A stretch of DNA of 64,000 nucleotides from Bacteroidota bacterium. Its GTDB lineage: Bacteria > Bacteroidota > Bacteroidia > Bacteroidales > SKPS01. Where the stretch lies: assembly GCA_022709695.1 (NCBI GenBank), contig JAKLII010000002.1, positions 90,955-154,954 of the forward strand, in the 5' to 3' direction. The position numbers and the translations under genes are program-made. Shown here one piece after another: positions 17,778 through 26,763 of the stretch; the first letter of the stretch is position 1; each line of letters opens with the position of its first letter. The notes under the pieces were generated by a model. It saw only the letters and a list, made by a program, of their open reading frames with translations, searched no databases and was not told the DNA's origin.

Positions 17778-18569
17778 TTAATTGAGATCAATATGCTGAA
17801 GCCTTGACTGCACAATCTCATCTATCTCACTGTCAACCAATATTCTTCCGCAGTATTCGCAAACAATCACCTTTTTGTGCATCCTGATATCGAGGTGCCT
17901 TTGCGGTGGAATTTTATTAAAACATCCGCCACATGCATCACGCTCAATCTTCACCACGGCCAGTCCGTTCATGGCATTTTTTCTGATTCTTTTATAGGCC
18001 GTTAACAACCTCTCCTCAATCAGCTCGCTGTATTCCTGGGAATGCTTCATCAGAATCTCCTCTTCCCTGGCAGTCTCTGCCACAATCTCCGTGAGTTCCT
18101 TCTTCTTTACTGTCAGATCCTCCTGCCGTTCAAGAAGCTTCTTTTCCGACTCTTCAACAGCAGCTTTTTTAATTTCGAGTTCTGCACTGTGTTCCCGGAT
18201 CTTCTTCTCCTGTAATTGAATTTCAAGTCCCTGAAATTCAATTTCTTTGGTTATTGAATCGTATTCCCGGTTGTTCCTCACGTTCATTTGCTGCTCTTCA
18301 TACCGCTTGATCAGCTGCTCGCACTGTTTGATGGCCTCTCTGCGATCCTTGATCAAACCCTCTATCCGTTCAATATCTTCCCTGTGCCTTGCAAGCCTGG
18401 TCTCCAATCCGGCAATCTCATCCTCCAGATCTTCTACCTCCAGAGGTAGCTCCCCATGCACGGTCTTGATGCGGTCGATCTGCGAATCCACTTTCTGTAA
18501 ACTGTATAACGCAATCAACCGGTCTTCTATTTTTACTTCCTTGCTCTGCGTGGTTTCTTCTTTGCTCAT
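17778..18569 (-). CDS. Coiled-coil protein with a C4 zinc ribbon (COG1579-type), the usual partner of Nif3
   Basis: 263 aa. A long heptad-rich region is followed by CGGC...(x)...CEYCGRIL. It sits immediately downstream of a Nif3-family gene, which is a widely conserved pairing. Confidence 0.7.
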   Translation of the reverse strand: MSKEETTQSKEVKIEDRLIALYSLQKVDSQIDRIKTVHGELPLEVEDLEDEIAGLETRLARHREDIERIEGLIKDRREAIKQCEQLIKRYEEQQMNVRNNREYDSITKEIEFQGLEIQLQEKKIREHSAELEIKKAAVEESEKKLLERQEDLTVKKKELTEIVAETAREEEILMKHSQEYSELIEERLLTAYKRIRKNAMNGLAVVKIERDACGGCFNKIPPQRHLDIRMHKKVIVCEYCGRILVDSEIDEIVQSRLQHIDLN

Positions 18570-18579
18570 TGAATTATAG

Positions 18580-19677
18580 CTATTTATGATATATTATCGG
18601 GTTTCTGAGATGCGCTGAAATATGGCTCGCAAAAGTAGTGAATTTTTTTTGTACTGCTTCCGTAATAATACCTGTCATCAACAGCTCAGTTTCAAAGTGC
18701 CCTGCATCCACCAGTAAAAGACTTTTCCCGTAGTCGGTAAATGCATGGTATTTCAGGTCTGAAGTAATCAGGGCATCCATTCCGAGCCGGATAGCCTTTT
18801 CGATCAGAAAGGACCCTGATCCTCCACACACCCCAACCCTTTTTATTGCTTCACCTTCCCAGCGTGAGTACCTGATCCCTTCCGCACCCAGCTCCTGCTT
18901 GACTTTTTCGATGAATTCAATTACCGGAATTGGTGTTTCCAGTTCACCCCACATCCCGGCTCCCGTATAAGGATCACTGTTCATCATCTGGAATACCTCA
19001 TACGCCACTTCCTCATACGGATGTGCCTTTCTCATGGCATTTACCACTTTTCCTGACAGGTACGAAGGAACCACCATCTCCACCCTGACTTCCCTTCCTG
19101 AATGGAACTCTCCGGGACTGCCAATGTAAGGATCTGAACCTTCAAGCGGTCGGTAGGTTCCGGTCCCTTCTGTGTTGAAACTGCACCGGTCATACTCCCC
19201 GATTCTGCCACCACCAGCCATGAACATGGCCTCACGGACTGAATCCGCAGCAGATTCGGGGCAATAGGTCACAACTTTGTGCAAAGAGCCATCCATCGGG
19301 GAAAGAACCGAAGGCTTTCTGATACCCAGTTTTCCCGCAAGATGATAGTTGAGCCCCCTGGGGGCATTGTCGAAGTTGGTGTGTAAAATGATAATGGCGA
19401 TATGATGCCTGATGGCCATTATGACAGCCCGCTCCACTAAGGTAGACCCTGTAAGTCGCTTCAACCCTTTAAATATCAGCGGATGATGGGCAATCACCAC
19501 ATTGCATCCCTTTTTCACCGATTCCTCAATCGTCCCTTCGGTGATATCCAGGGTAACCAGCACACCGGTGACCTCCGTCTCAGGATCCCCTGTCTGGATA
19601 CCCACATTGTCATAACTCTCCTGAAGCCCTGAAGGGGCAAGTGTTTCGATAAAATCAGCCAATTCACGTACAAGCAT
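18580..19677 (-). CDS. Nif3-like dinuclear metal centre protein (YbgI / GTP cyclohydrolase 1 type 2 family)
   Basis: 365 aa. DNVGIQTG, VIAHHPLIFKGLKRL, ILHTNFD and DAGHFETE are Nif3 metal-ligand blocks. There is an inserted PII-like central domain. Confidence 0.85.
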   Translation of the reverse strand: MLVRELADFIETLAPSGLQESYDNVGIQTGDPETEVTGVLVTLDITEGTIEESVKKGCNVVIAHHPLIFKGLKRLTGSTLVERAVIMAIRHHIAIIILHTNFDNAPRGLNYHLAGKLGIRKPSVLSPMDGSLHKVVTYCPESAADSVREAMFMAGGGRIGEYDRCSFNTEGTGTYRPLEGSDPYIGSPGEFHSGREVRVEMVVPSYLSGKVVNAMRKAHPYEEVAYEVFQMMNSDPYTGAGMWGELETPIPVIEFIEKVKQELGAEGIRYSRWEGEAIKRVGVCGGSGSFLIEKAIRLGMDALITSDLKYHAFTDYGKSLLLVDAGHFETELLMTGIITEAVQKKFTTFASHISAHLRNPIIYHK

Positions 19678-19753
19678 GGGGTCGCAGTTAGAATGGCATC
19701 AAAGATAACATATTGTTACTGATCATCAGGATGCCTGAATGGTAAACTTTATC

Positions 19754-19761
19754 TATATTTG
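19754..19761 (+). promoter_or_regulatory. Candidate -7 box (TATATTTG) for lpxK
   Basis: Exact TAnnTTTG match 45 nt upstream of ATG 19806. No clear -33 element. Confidence 0.3.
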
Positions 19762-19805
19762 CCTTGTAAACAGCATTTTCAATTTTTCGTCAGCCTAACA
19801 AAAGG

Positions 19806-20927
19806 ATGATCCAATTAAGTTTATCAGGGAAAAGGGGATCCGTCTGGATTATTCCCGGCTGGATACTCTGGCCCTTTGCTCTGATGTACGGATTTGTCGT
19901 CAGAATCCGGAATTTATTATTTGACAAGCAGATAATCCGGCCTGCAAGATTTAATATACCGGTTATCCTGATCGGGAATCTGGCTGCGGGTGGAACCGGT
20001 AAGACACCCTGCGTCGATTACGTGGCGACACTTCTGGAAAAGGAGCTGAGGCTTGCTATCCTGAGCCGTGGATATGGGAGAAAAACAAAGGGATTTCATG
20101 TGGCAGAGACTACAAATACCTGGCAGGCTGTCGGCGATGAACCCCTGCAGCTCAAGCTGAAACATCCTGATGTCACTGTGGCGGTAAACGAAAACCGGGA
20201 AGAAGGTATCCGGAATCTCATCGGGGATCCGTTTCAGGCTCAGTGTATCCTTATGGATGACGGATTCCAGCATCGGTGGGTCGCACCGGGTTTAAGTATA
20301 TTGCTTACAGATTACTCAAAACCCTATAGCTCAGATCATCTCCTGCCGATGGGATACCTGAGGGAGCACAGATCCGGGAGTAAACGTGCGGATATCATTG
20401 TGGTAACCAAAGCTCCGCCGGTAAGATCTCCGGTATCGGATAAGGCAATGATACGAAAACTTAAGCCCCTCCCCCACCAGCAGGTATTCTTTTCCTATCT
20501 GTTGTATGGTGATCTGATACCGGCCAATGAAGCTGCATCCCATTGGGGTCAAACTTCCGATGTACATACAGCTCTTTTAATTACAGGAATAGCGAACCCT
20601 GATCCTCTGGCCGACCATCTCAGACTCCTGTTTTCCAACCTTTCTCACCTTAGGTTTCCCGATCACCACCCCTTTTCTGAACGTGATGTAAAAAAGATTA
20701 CAGAAGCCTTTCTTAATCTGTTTCAGAAATCCAAAGTTATTATCACCACTGAAAAGGACATTAGCCGGATGAAACATGGACACGCATTTGGAATGCTCAG
20801 GGATTTTCCGGTTTTTTACATTCCCGTTTCCATGGGATTCCATGAGAATTACCGGGGGCAACATTTTCACCAAACTATCCTGAACTATGTCAGAGAAAGC
20901 AAAAGCAGCGGCGGAGTTGATCAGTAA
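19806..20927 (+). CDS. lpxK: Tetraacyldisaccharide 4'-kinase (lipid A biosynthesis)
   Basis: The P-loop context VILIGNLAAGGTGKTP, SRGYGRKTKG, and MDDGFQH are LpxK signatures. Confidence 0.85.
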   Translation: MIQLSLSGKRGSVWIIPGWILWPFALMYGFVVRIRNLLFDKQIIRPARFNIPVILIGNLAAGGTGKTPCVDYVATLLEKELRLAILSRGYGRKTKGFHVAETTNTWQAVGDEPLQLKLKHPDVTVAVNENREEGIRNLIGDPFQAQCILMDDGFQHRWVAPGLSILLTDYSKPYSSDHLLPMGYLREHRSGSKRADIIVVTKAPPVRSPVSDKAMIRKLKPLPHQQVFFSYLLYGDLIPANEAASHWGQTSDVHTALLITGIANPDPLADHLRLLFSNLSHLRFPDHHPFSERDVKKITEAFLNLFQKSKVIITTEKDISRMKHGHAFGMLRDFPVFYIPVSMGFHENYRGQHFHQTILNYVRESKSSGGVDQ

Positions 20928-21702
20928 GAATCTCTCTTTAAAATATGATGCTGCTATCATTTTGGGCAGCGGCCTGAGCCATCTGGCCGATCAGATTAAC
21001 ATTATTGCTACCATTGCCTATTCCGAAATCCCCGGATTTCCCGAATCGACCGTACCAGGCCATGAAGGAAAGCTTGTTGCAGGAATACTTGCCGGAAAGA
21101 CGATACTGGCCCTGAAAGGCCGGTTCCACTATTATGAGGGATATACCATGCAGGAAGTGGTATTTCCGATCAGGGTACTGCACCATTTAGGCATCAACAC
21201 CCTCATCCTCTCCAATGCTGCAGGAGGAACCAATCCGGAATTCAGAATCGGCGATATCATGCTGATCCGTGACCATATCAATCTGATGGGTACAAATCCG
21301 CTGATCGGAAAAAACGATGAAACGCTCGGACCCAGGTTCCCGGATATGAGCCAGGTATACGACCCGGGCCTCCTTCAGGCGGCCCGGGAGGTTGCGATAG
21401 GTTCACACATATCACTGAAAGAAGGGATTTACGCAGCTGTAACCGGCCCGGTATATGAAACACCTGCTGAATACAGGTATATCCGGATCCTCGGAGCCGA
21501 TGCTGTGGGAATGTCTACCGTACCGGAAGCCATTGCAGCCCGGCATTTGGGTATGCGACTGATGGCATTATCGGTTATTACCGACCTGGGTGTTGAAGGG
21601 AAAATTCAAAAGATAACCCACGAAGAAGTCCTTACGGCTGCTGCTGCCTCTGAACCTTTCATCACCACGATCATCAAAGGGGTATTAAAAGGAAATTCCT
21701 GA
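20887..21702 (+). CDS. Purine nucleoside phosphorylase (trimeric PNP/PunA type)
   Basis: ILGSGL, GHEGKLVAGILAGKTILALKGRFHYYEGY, SNAAGG, and GMSTVPEAIAARHLGM. The start overlaps the lpxK 3' end by 41 nt. Confidence 0.85.
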   Translation: MSEKAKAAAELISKNLSLKYDAAIILGSGLSHLADQINIIATIAYSEIPGFPESTVPGHEGKLVAGILAGKTILALKGRFHYYEGYTMQEVVFPIRVLHHLGINTLILSNAAGGTNPEFRIGDIMLIRDHINLMGTNPLIGKNDETLGPRFPDMSQVYDPGLLQAAREVAIGSHISLKEGIYAAVTGPVYETPAEYRYIRILGADAVGMSTVPEAIAARHLGMRLMALSVITDLGVEGKIQKITHEEVLTAAAASEPFITTIIKGVLKGNS

Positions 21703-21728
21703 ATATTAGGATTATACCTTATCGGTGC

Positions 21729-23204
21729 CTAGTAGGCCCTTGCAAATACAACCCGTTGTTTCGAAGGTTTGCCCGAATATACGCAGACCCCATCTTCCGG
21801 ATCCCCTTCCAAAGGAATCAACCGGATCGTTGCCTTGGTTTCGGCTTTGATTTTCTCCTCCGTTTCAGGTGTCCCGTCCCAGTGGGCATACAGAAAACCT
21901 CCCTTGTTCTCCAGGGTTTCCTTGAATTCATTCCATGAATTGACTTTGTGGATATTGGCTTCCCTGAAGGCTTTTGCTTTTGCCAGAAGGTTGTCCTGAA
22001 TCGTTTCGAGAAGTTGTTCGATATGGCCGGTGATCCCTTCCATCGGTAAAATCTCCTTGGTAAGTGTATCCCTTCGTGCAAGTTCCACGGTATGGTTCTC
22101 TAGGTCTTTTGGACCCAGTGCAATCCTCAGAGGTACACCCCTGAACTCATGCTCAGTGAATTTATATCCGGGTTTATGGGTATCACGGTCATCAAATTTG
22201 ATGCGGATTCCACAGGCTTTGAAATCTTTCACCATTTTTTCTGCTACTGCTCTGATGGCTGAGAATTGCTCTTCATTTCTGAAGATCGGTACAATCACTA
22301 CCTGTATCGGAGCTAGCCGGGGGGGCAATACAAGTCCGTGTTCATCGGAATGGGCCATGATCAGGGCTCCCATAAGACGGGTAGAAACCCCCCAGGAAGT
22401 AGCCCAGACATATTCCAGCTGATTCTGCCTGTTGAGGAACTTCACATCAAACGCTTTTGCAAAATTCTGCCCCAGAAAATGGGAAGTTCCGGCCTGAAGT
22501 GCTTTGCCATCCTGCATCAAGGCCTCAATACAGTAGGTGTCCTCAGCCCCGGCAAATTTTTCTGATTCGGTCTTTACACCTTTCAGAACCGGTATTGCCA
22601 TCCATTTCTCCGCAAAATCCGCATAAATACCAAGCATCTGCCTGGTTTCCTCCACTGCCTCTTCACGGGTGGCGTGGGCTGTATGTCCTTCCTGCCATAG
22701 AAACTCAGCAGTGCGCAGGAAGAGGCGGGTACGCATCTCCCACCTGACCACATTGGCCCACTGATTAACAAGGATCGGTAAATCGCGGTAGGATTGAATC
22801 CATCCCCTGTAGGTATCCCAGATGATTGTCTCTGAGGTGGGGCGAACAATGAGCTCCTCTTCCAAACGGGCATCCGGATCTACAACGAGTCCGGTTTGGT
22901 CATCCGACTGTTTCAGACGGTAATGGGTCACAACGGCACACTCTTTGGCAAATCCTTCCACATGTTCCGCTTCGCGACTGAAAAACGATTTGGGGATAAA
23001 GATGGGAAAGTAGGCATTGCTATGCCCGGTCTCCTTAAACATGCCATCAAGGGTATCTCTTATCTTTTCCCAGATGGCATAACCGTAAGGTTTGATTACC
23101 ATACAGCCTCTTACTGCACTGTTCTCCGCAAGATCGGCCTTCACTACCAGATCGTTATACCATTGGGAATAACTCTCTTCCTTCGATGATAAAATCTTCG
23201 CCAT
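21729..23204 (-). CDS. proS: Proline--tRNA ligase (archaeal/eukaryote-like class II type)
   Basis: 491 aa. [51 protein letters not shown], and the C-terminal zinc-domain-like tail are all typical of Bacteroidota ProRS. Confidence 0.9.
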   Translation of the reverse strand: MAKILSSKEESYSQWYNDLVVKADLAENSAVRGCMVIKPYGYAIWEKIRDTLDGMFKETGHSNAYFPIFIPKSFFSREAEHVEGFAKECAVVTHYRLKQSDDQTGLVVDPDARLEEELIVRPTSETIIWDTYRGWIQSYRDLPILVNQWANVVRWEMRTRLFLRTAEFLWQEGHTAHATREEAVEETRQMLGIYADFAEKWMAIPVLKGVKTESEKFAGAEDTYCIEALMQDGKALQAGTSHFLGQNFAKAFDVKFLNRQNQLEYVWATSWGVSTRLMGALIMAHSDEHGLVLPPRLAPIQVVIVPIFRNEEQFSAIRAVAEKMVKDFKACGIRIKFDDRDTHKPGYKFTEHEFRGVPLRIALGPKDLENHTVELARRDTLTKEILPMEGITGHIEQLLETIQDNLLAKAKAFREANIHKVNSWNEFKETLENKGGFLYAHWDGTPETEEKIKAETKATIRLIPLEGDPEDGVCVYSGKPSKQRVVFARAY

Positions 23205-23252
23205 AGATGTTATGGTATAGTTATTGTTAATTTATTCGCGCTGCAAAAACGG

Positions 23253-23286
23253 CAAATTTACTATATTCAACGGTAACGAGAACAAA
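23253..23286 (-). promoter_or_regulatory. Candidate proS promoter (minus strand: TTTG at 23286-23283, 22-nt spacer, TAAATTTG at 23260-23253)
   Basis: Read on the reverse complement. The spacer is 1-3 nt longer than the usual 19-21. Confidence 0.3.
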
Positions 23287-23315
23287 AACAAATCAATAAT
23301 TCAGGAGGAATCCCC

Positions 23316-25205
23316 ATGAAAACACTTATCACAATGACTGTTGCCTCCCTGTTGCTTTTCCTCACCTCCTGTAGCTCAACTTATCTGGCTACAGGAAGTG
23401 ATGATGTGTATTATACTCCCAACAGGAATGCAGAAACCACCGTGACTATTGTATCACCATCCACCGGGCAGAACAGTTATGATGTAACCGAAGGATCAAA
23501 ACAAGTCCAGAATGTTACCCCTGTTACATCCCCTGATCCGGAAAAGGATACGGTAGTAAGCGAGTATTATGTTGATGAAGAAGGCAATACCTATATAACC
23601 AACAATTACTACGGAGACGACTACGGCTACGACGATTATTACGACTATACCTACGCTTCCAGGATCCGCAGGTTCCACACAGGCTATTACACCGGTTTCG
23701 GATATTACCATAATTACTACACTGATCTGTATTGGTATACCTATGATCCTTTCTACTATGGAGTAAGCATTTATTACGGCTATCCCTGGTGGTACCCCTC
23801 CTATTACACCTGGTACAGGCCTTTTAACTGGTGCTGGGGATATGGGTACGGATACGGTTATTATCCCTTCTCGTATGGCTATTATCCCTGGTACTACGGA
23901 CCCGGTTATGGATACGGCTATTATGCCGGGTACTGGGATGGCTATTACGACGGCTACTGGGGTAACTACTATAATTATTACTATAACAGTTACGACGGAA
24001 CCAACGGTTATTACTACGGACCCCGCGATTATATCACTTCAGGCGATGGAACCGGAAGGAGTGACAATTCCTGGTTTGGATCAAAGTATGAACAGGCCAT
24101 TGCATCTGAAATCCGGGCAGTTCCCGAAACATCTGTCGGAAACATCAGTGAATCTCAAACACCAAACGGAAATGGCGGAAATACTGTAAGAACGGATCCC
24201 TCCGTGATCAGTTCCCAGGAAGATAAAGCTCCCGGGAACCAAAATGTACGGCCAGCTGCAACGGCACAAACATCTGAAGCCAACCAGACTGAATCAGCTA
24301 TGACCAACCAGCCGGCCGGTGAAACCCGCCAGGAAAAACCGCAGGGTGCACAGGCAGAGACAGCACCGGGAACCTCCCGTCAGGTTGCTACGACTCCAAA
24401 TGCGCAGGAGCAGGCGCCTGCCGTCAGGCCTCAGTACCAGAGACCGGTTACCAATACACCCGTAAGAACCAGGACCTACACCCCTCCGGTGAGCAACAAT
24501 CCAACGCCAACAAGGCAATATCCTGATCTTGGAAGGACAGAATCTGCAGGTGCATCACAGACTCCGGCTGCGAATCCTTCTCAAAGAGAACCACGTGCTG
24601 TTCAACCCGCTCAAAATGCACCAGCCACAACAAGGCCCGTCAGCACCGAACCGGTAAAACCCTATACAAAACCCAGAACCGAGAATGCTCCACCTACCTA
24701 CCGTCAGCCTGGGACTACCCAGGAATATAAGGCTCCGGGCAGCAACCAGGGAAGAGTAACTCCACAAAATAATCAAAACAAAACCTACACCAGGCCTTCC
24801 GCCGGCAACGATCAGCATAGCACCTATGGCAGGCCTTCCGGTTCAACCCCGGCAACCCCGGCACCGTCCAGAACCCAGCAGGGATACAGGCAGGAAAGCA
24901 GACCATCCCAGCCATACAATCCACCTGCCGTAAGGTCCAGGTCTGAATCATCCCCATCCTCCGGCAGCGGTTCATCGCGTCCATCCGGATCCAGCTACCA
25001 AAGTTCTCCCCGTTCCTCCGGAAACACCTCCGGCAGCCACTATTCCTCAGGAAGCTCATCCCGGTCTTCAGGTAGCAGCTATTCTTCCGGAAGCTCTTCC
25101 CGGTCATCCGGCAGCAGCTATTCCTCAGGCAGCTCCTCCCGGTCATCCGGTAGCAGCTCCTCTCGTTCTGGCGGAAGCTCATCATCCTCCGGGCGCAGAA
25201 ACTAA
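23316..25205 (+). CDS. Low-complexity lipoprotein: a Tyr/Gly/Trp-rich zone, a Pro/Thr/Gln-rich zone and a Ser-rich repeat tail; unknown function
   Basis: 629 aa. It has a signal peptide with a lipobox (LLLFLTSCSS). In residues ~95-238 I count about 54 Tyr in about 144 residues (YGYGYGYYPFSYGYYPWYYGPGYGYGYYAGYWDGYYDGYWGNYYNYYYN). This is followed by roughly 300 aa rich in P/T/Q/A/R, then the tail (YSSGSSSRSSGSS)x3. It is the only long ORF at this position. The frame is supported by an ordinary N-terminal ~90 aa and by in-frame repeats. Confidence 0.6.
   Translation: MKTLITMTVASLLLFLTSCSSTYLATGSDDVYYTPNRNAETTVTIVSPSTGQNSYDVTEGSKQVQNVTPVTSPDPEKDTVVSEYYVDEEGNTYITNNYYGDDYGYDDYYDYTYASRIRRFHTGYYTGFGYYHNYYTDLYWYTYDPFYYGVSIYYGYPWWYPSYYTWYRPFNWCWGYGYGYGYYPFSYGYYPWYYGPGYGYGYYAGYWDGYYDGYWGNYYNYYYNSYDGTNGYYYGPRDYITSGDGTGRSDNSWFGSKYEQAIASEIRAVPETSVGNISESQTPNGNGGNTVRTDPSVISSQEDKAPGNQNVRPAATAQTSEANQTESAMTNQPAGETRQEKPQGAQAETAPGTSRQVATTPNAQEQAPAVRPQYQRPVTNTPVRTRTYTPPVSNNPTPTRQYPDLGRTESAGASQTPAANPSQREPRAVQPAQNAPATTRPVSTEPVKPYTKPRTENAPPTYRQPGTTQEYKAPGSNQGRVTPQNNQNKTYTRPSAGNDQHSTYGRPSGSTPATPAPSRTQQGYRQESRPSQPYNPPAVRSRSESSPSSGSGSSRPSGSSYQSSPRSSGNTSGSHYSSGSSSRSSGSSYSSGSSSRSSGSSYSSGSSSRSSGSSSSRSGGSSSSSGRRN
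25041..25157 (+). repeat. Three tandem 39-bp in-frame units encoding YSSGSSSRSSGSS
   Basis: The units are 25041-25079, 25080-25118 and 25119-25157. They differ only at a few mostly synonymous positions. Degenerate Ser-rich copies flank them. Confidence 0.8.
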
Positions 25206-25239
25206 TCCTGTTTCAGACTAATACAAACAATCAATCCTC

Positions 25240-26691
25240 ATGAAGAATAAAGCTTTAATCATCGCCATGCTGGGTATGTTACCCCTTTTTACCTTTGCCC
25301 AGCTTCCGTTTGATGCCTTAAGATTTTCAATGACAGGCCCGGGAGGTACTGCCCGGTACCTCGCCACCGCCGGAGCCTTCGGAGCCATCGGGGCTGATTT
25401 TTCAACCCTCAGTGCCAATCCCGCCGGAATCGGGCTCTTCAGAACTACTGAATTTACCCTAACACCGGGATTAACCTATAATTCAGCCACTGCAAATTAT
25501 GGTGGAATGCTCACCGAAGATGACAAATACAAGCTGAATATGCACAATGCCGGAGTGGTATTTGCTTTTGGGAACAGATCCGTTAAAAATGGTAGCTGGA
25601 AAAGATTTCAGTTTGGGTTTGGAATGAACCAGCTGGCTGATTTTTCAGGCAACACCACCATCGAAGGTGATAATCCGTATGGTTCAATCCTGATGGAGTA
25701 TCAGAAAAAAGCTGCCGGAATTGCTCCTAAAAACCTTGATCTTTATGACACCAAGCTGGCATGGGACACTTACCTGTTTCCGGATACATTTTCAGGATCG
25801 AATGGAATGATCCAATATACCTCTGCCATTCCAAATGGTGGTGTAAGGCAAATGAAGTACATTGAAAGAAAGGGAGGTATGAACGAGGTTGTCCTGAGCC
25901 TGGGTGGAAACTATAACGACAGGATCTACCTGGGAGGCACCATTGGATTTCCCACCCTCCACTACCGGGAAGATGCCAGTTATCGTGAAGTGGATGCAGG
26001 AGATACCATTGCAACTTTCAAGTCATTGACCATCAATGATTACCTGAACACTTCGGGGAGTGGTATCAATTTCAAATTCGGAATCATTGCCAGGCCGTTC
26101 GACTGGATCAGGATCGGTGGCGCGATTCATACACCCACCTTTTTCAGTTTACACGATGAATACAGCAGGAGCATGAAGCACAGGAACGACGTTGGGCAGG
26201 AACTTTTTGCCAGCTCGCCGACAGGATACTATGATTACAGCCTTCGTACCCCTATGAAGGCCATTGTCAGCCTTGGTTTCATCATTGGTAAGTTTGGTTT
26301 TATAGGCATTGATTACGAAGCCGTCGACTATTCTGCCGCCAGGTTCGAGACCAAAAACGACCATTTTACTGATGTGAACAGGGTAATCCGCGAAGACTAC
26401 CATGAAGCTTCCAACCTTAGAATCGGTGGTGAGTTAAACCTCAATCCCATCCGCCTGCGTGCCGGTTACGCTCTTTATGGTTCACCCTATACCAATGGAC
26501 TCAACGATTTCGAAAAGAGCACCCTGGCATTTGGCCTTGGCTTCAAGGATAAGAACTACTTCCTGGATTTCTCCTGGGTGATGACCTCTTACGGTGAGAA
26601 CTATTACCTGTATGATCCGGAGATGGTTTTACCTGCGCAGATCGACAATATGTCAACAGGTATGATCATGACGCTGGGATTTAAATTGTAA
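25240..26691 (+). CDS. Outer-membrane beta-barrel protein (FadL/OMPP1-like)
   Basis: 483 aa with a signal peptide (LPLFTFAQ). The N-terminal motif GGTARYLATAGAFGAIGADFSTLSANPAGIGLF resembles the FadL/PorV-superfamily hatch region. It shows an alternating beta-strand pattern throughout. It lies 35 nt downstream of the low-complexity lipoprotein gene. Confidence 0.5.
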   Translation: MKNKALIIAMLGMLPLFTFAQLPFDALRFSMTGPGGTARYLATAGAFGAIGADFSTLSANPAGIGLFRTTEFTLTPGLTYNSATANYGGMLTEDDKYKLNMHNAGVVFAFGNRSVKNGSWKRFQFGFGMNQLADFSGNTTIEGDNPYGSILMEYQKKAAGIAPKNLDLYDTKLAWDTYLFPDTFSGSNGMIQYTSAIPNGGVRQMKYIERKGGMNEVVLSLGGNYNDRIYLGGTIGFPTLHYREDASYREVDAGDTIATFKSLTINDYLNTSGSGINFKFGIIARPFDWIRIGGAIHTPTFFSLHDEYSRSMKHRNDVGQELFASSPTGYYDYSLRTPMKAIVSLGFIIGKFGFIGIDYEAVDYSAARFETKNDHFTDVNRVIREDYHEASNLRIGGELNLNPIRLRAGYALYGSPYTNGLNDFEKSTLAFGLGFKDKNYFLDFSWVMTSYGENYYLYDPEMVLPAQIDNMSTGMIMTLGFKL

Positions 26692-26710
26692 AAGCATCAG
26701 CTTACAAATA

Positions 26711-26750
26711 AAAAGAGCTGCCCCATTCCCGGAGCAGCTCTTTTCTTTTA
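26711..26750. terminator. Bidirectional rho-independent terminator between convergent genes
   Basis: AAAAGAGCTGC (26711-26721) pairs with GCAGCTCTTTT (26734-26744) across a 12-nt loop. It is followed by TTTTCTTTT and preceded by an A-run, so it can work on both strands. Confidence 0.7.
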
Positions 26751-26763
26751 CTGATTTTGCGGA

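Noticed and set aside
25041-25157. Tandem direct repeats, here and at 51899-52036, considered as CRISPR-like or satellite elements
   Set aside because: The units are contiguous with no spacers, are multiples of 3 nt, and lie in frame inside long ORFs, where they encode sensible peptide repeats. No cas genes are present.
24715-25185. 156-aa minus-strand ORF, and other small ORFs (23496-24818), overlapping the low-complexity lipoprotein gene
   Set aside because: Repeat-rich, biased sequence keeps several frames open by chance. Only the plus-strand frame has a signal peptide with a lipobox, a normal N-terminal region and frame-preserving repeats.
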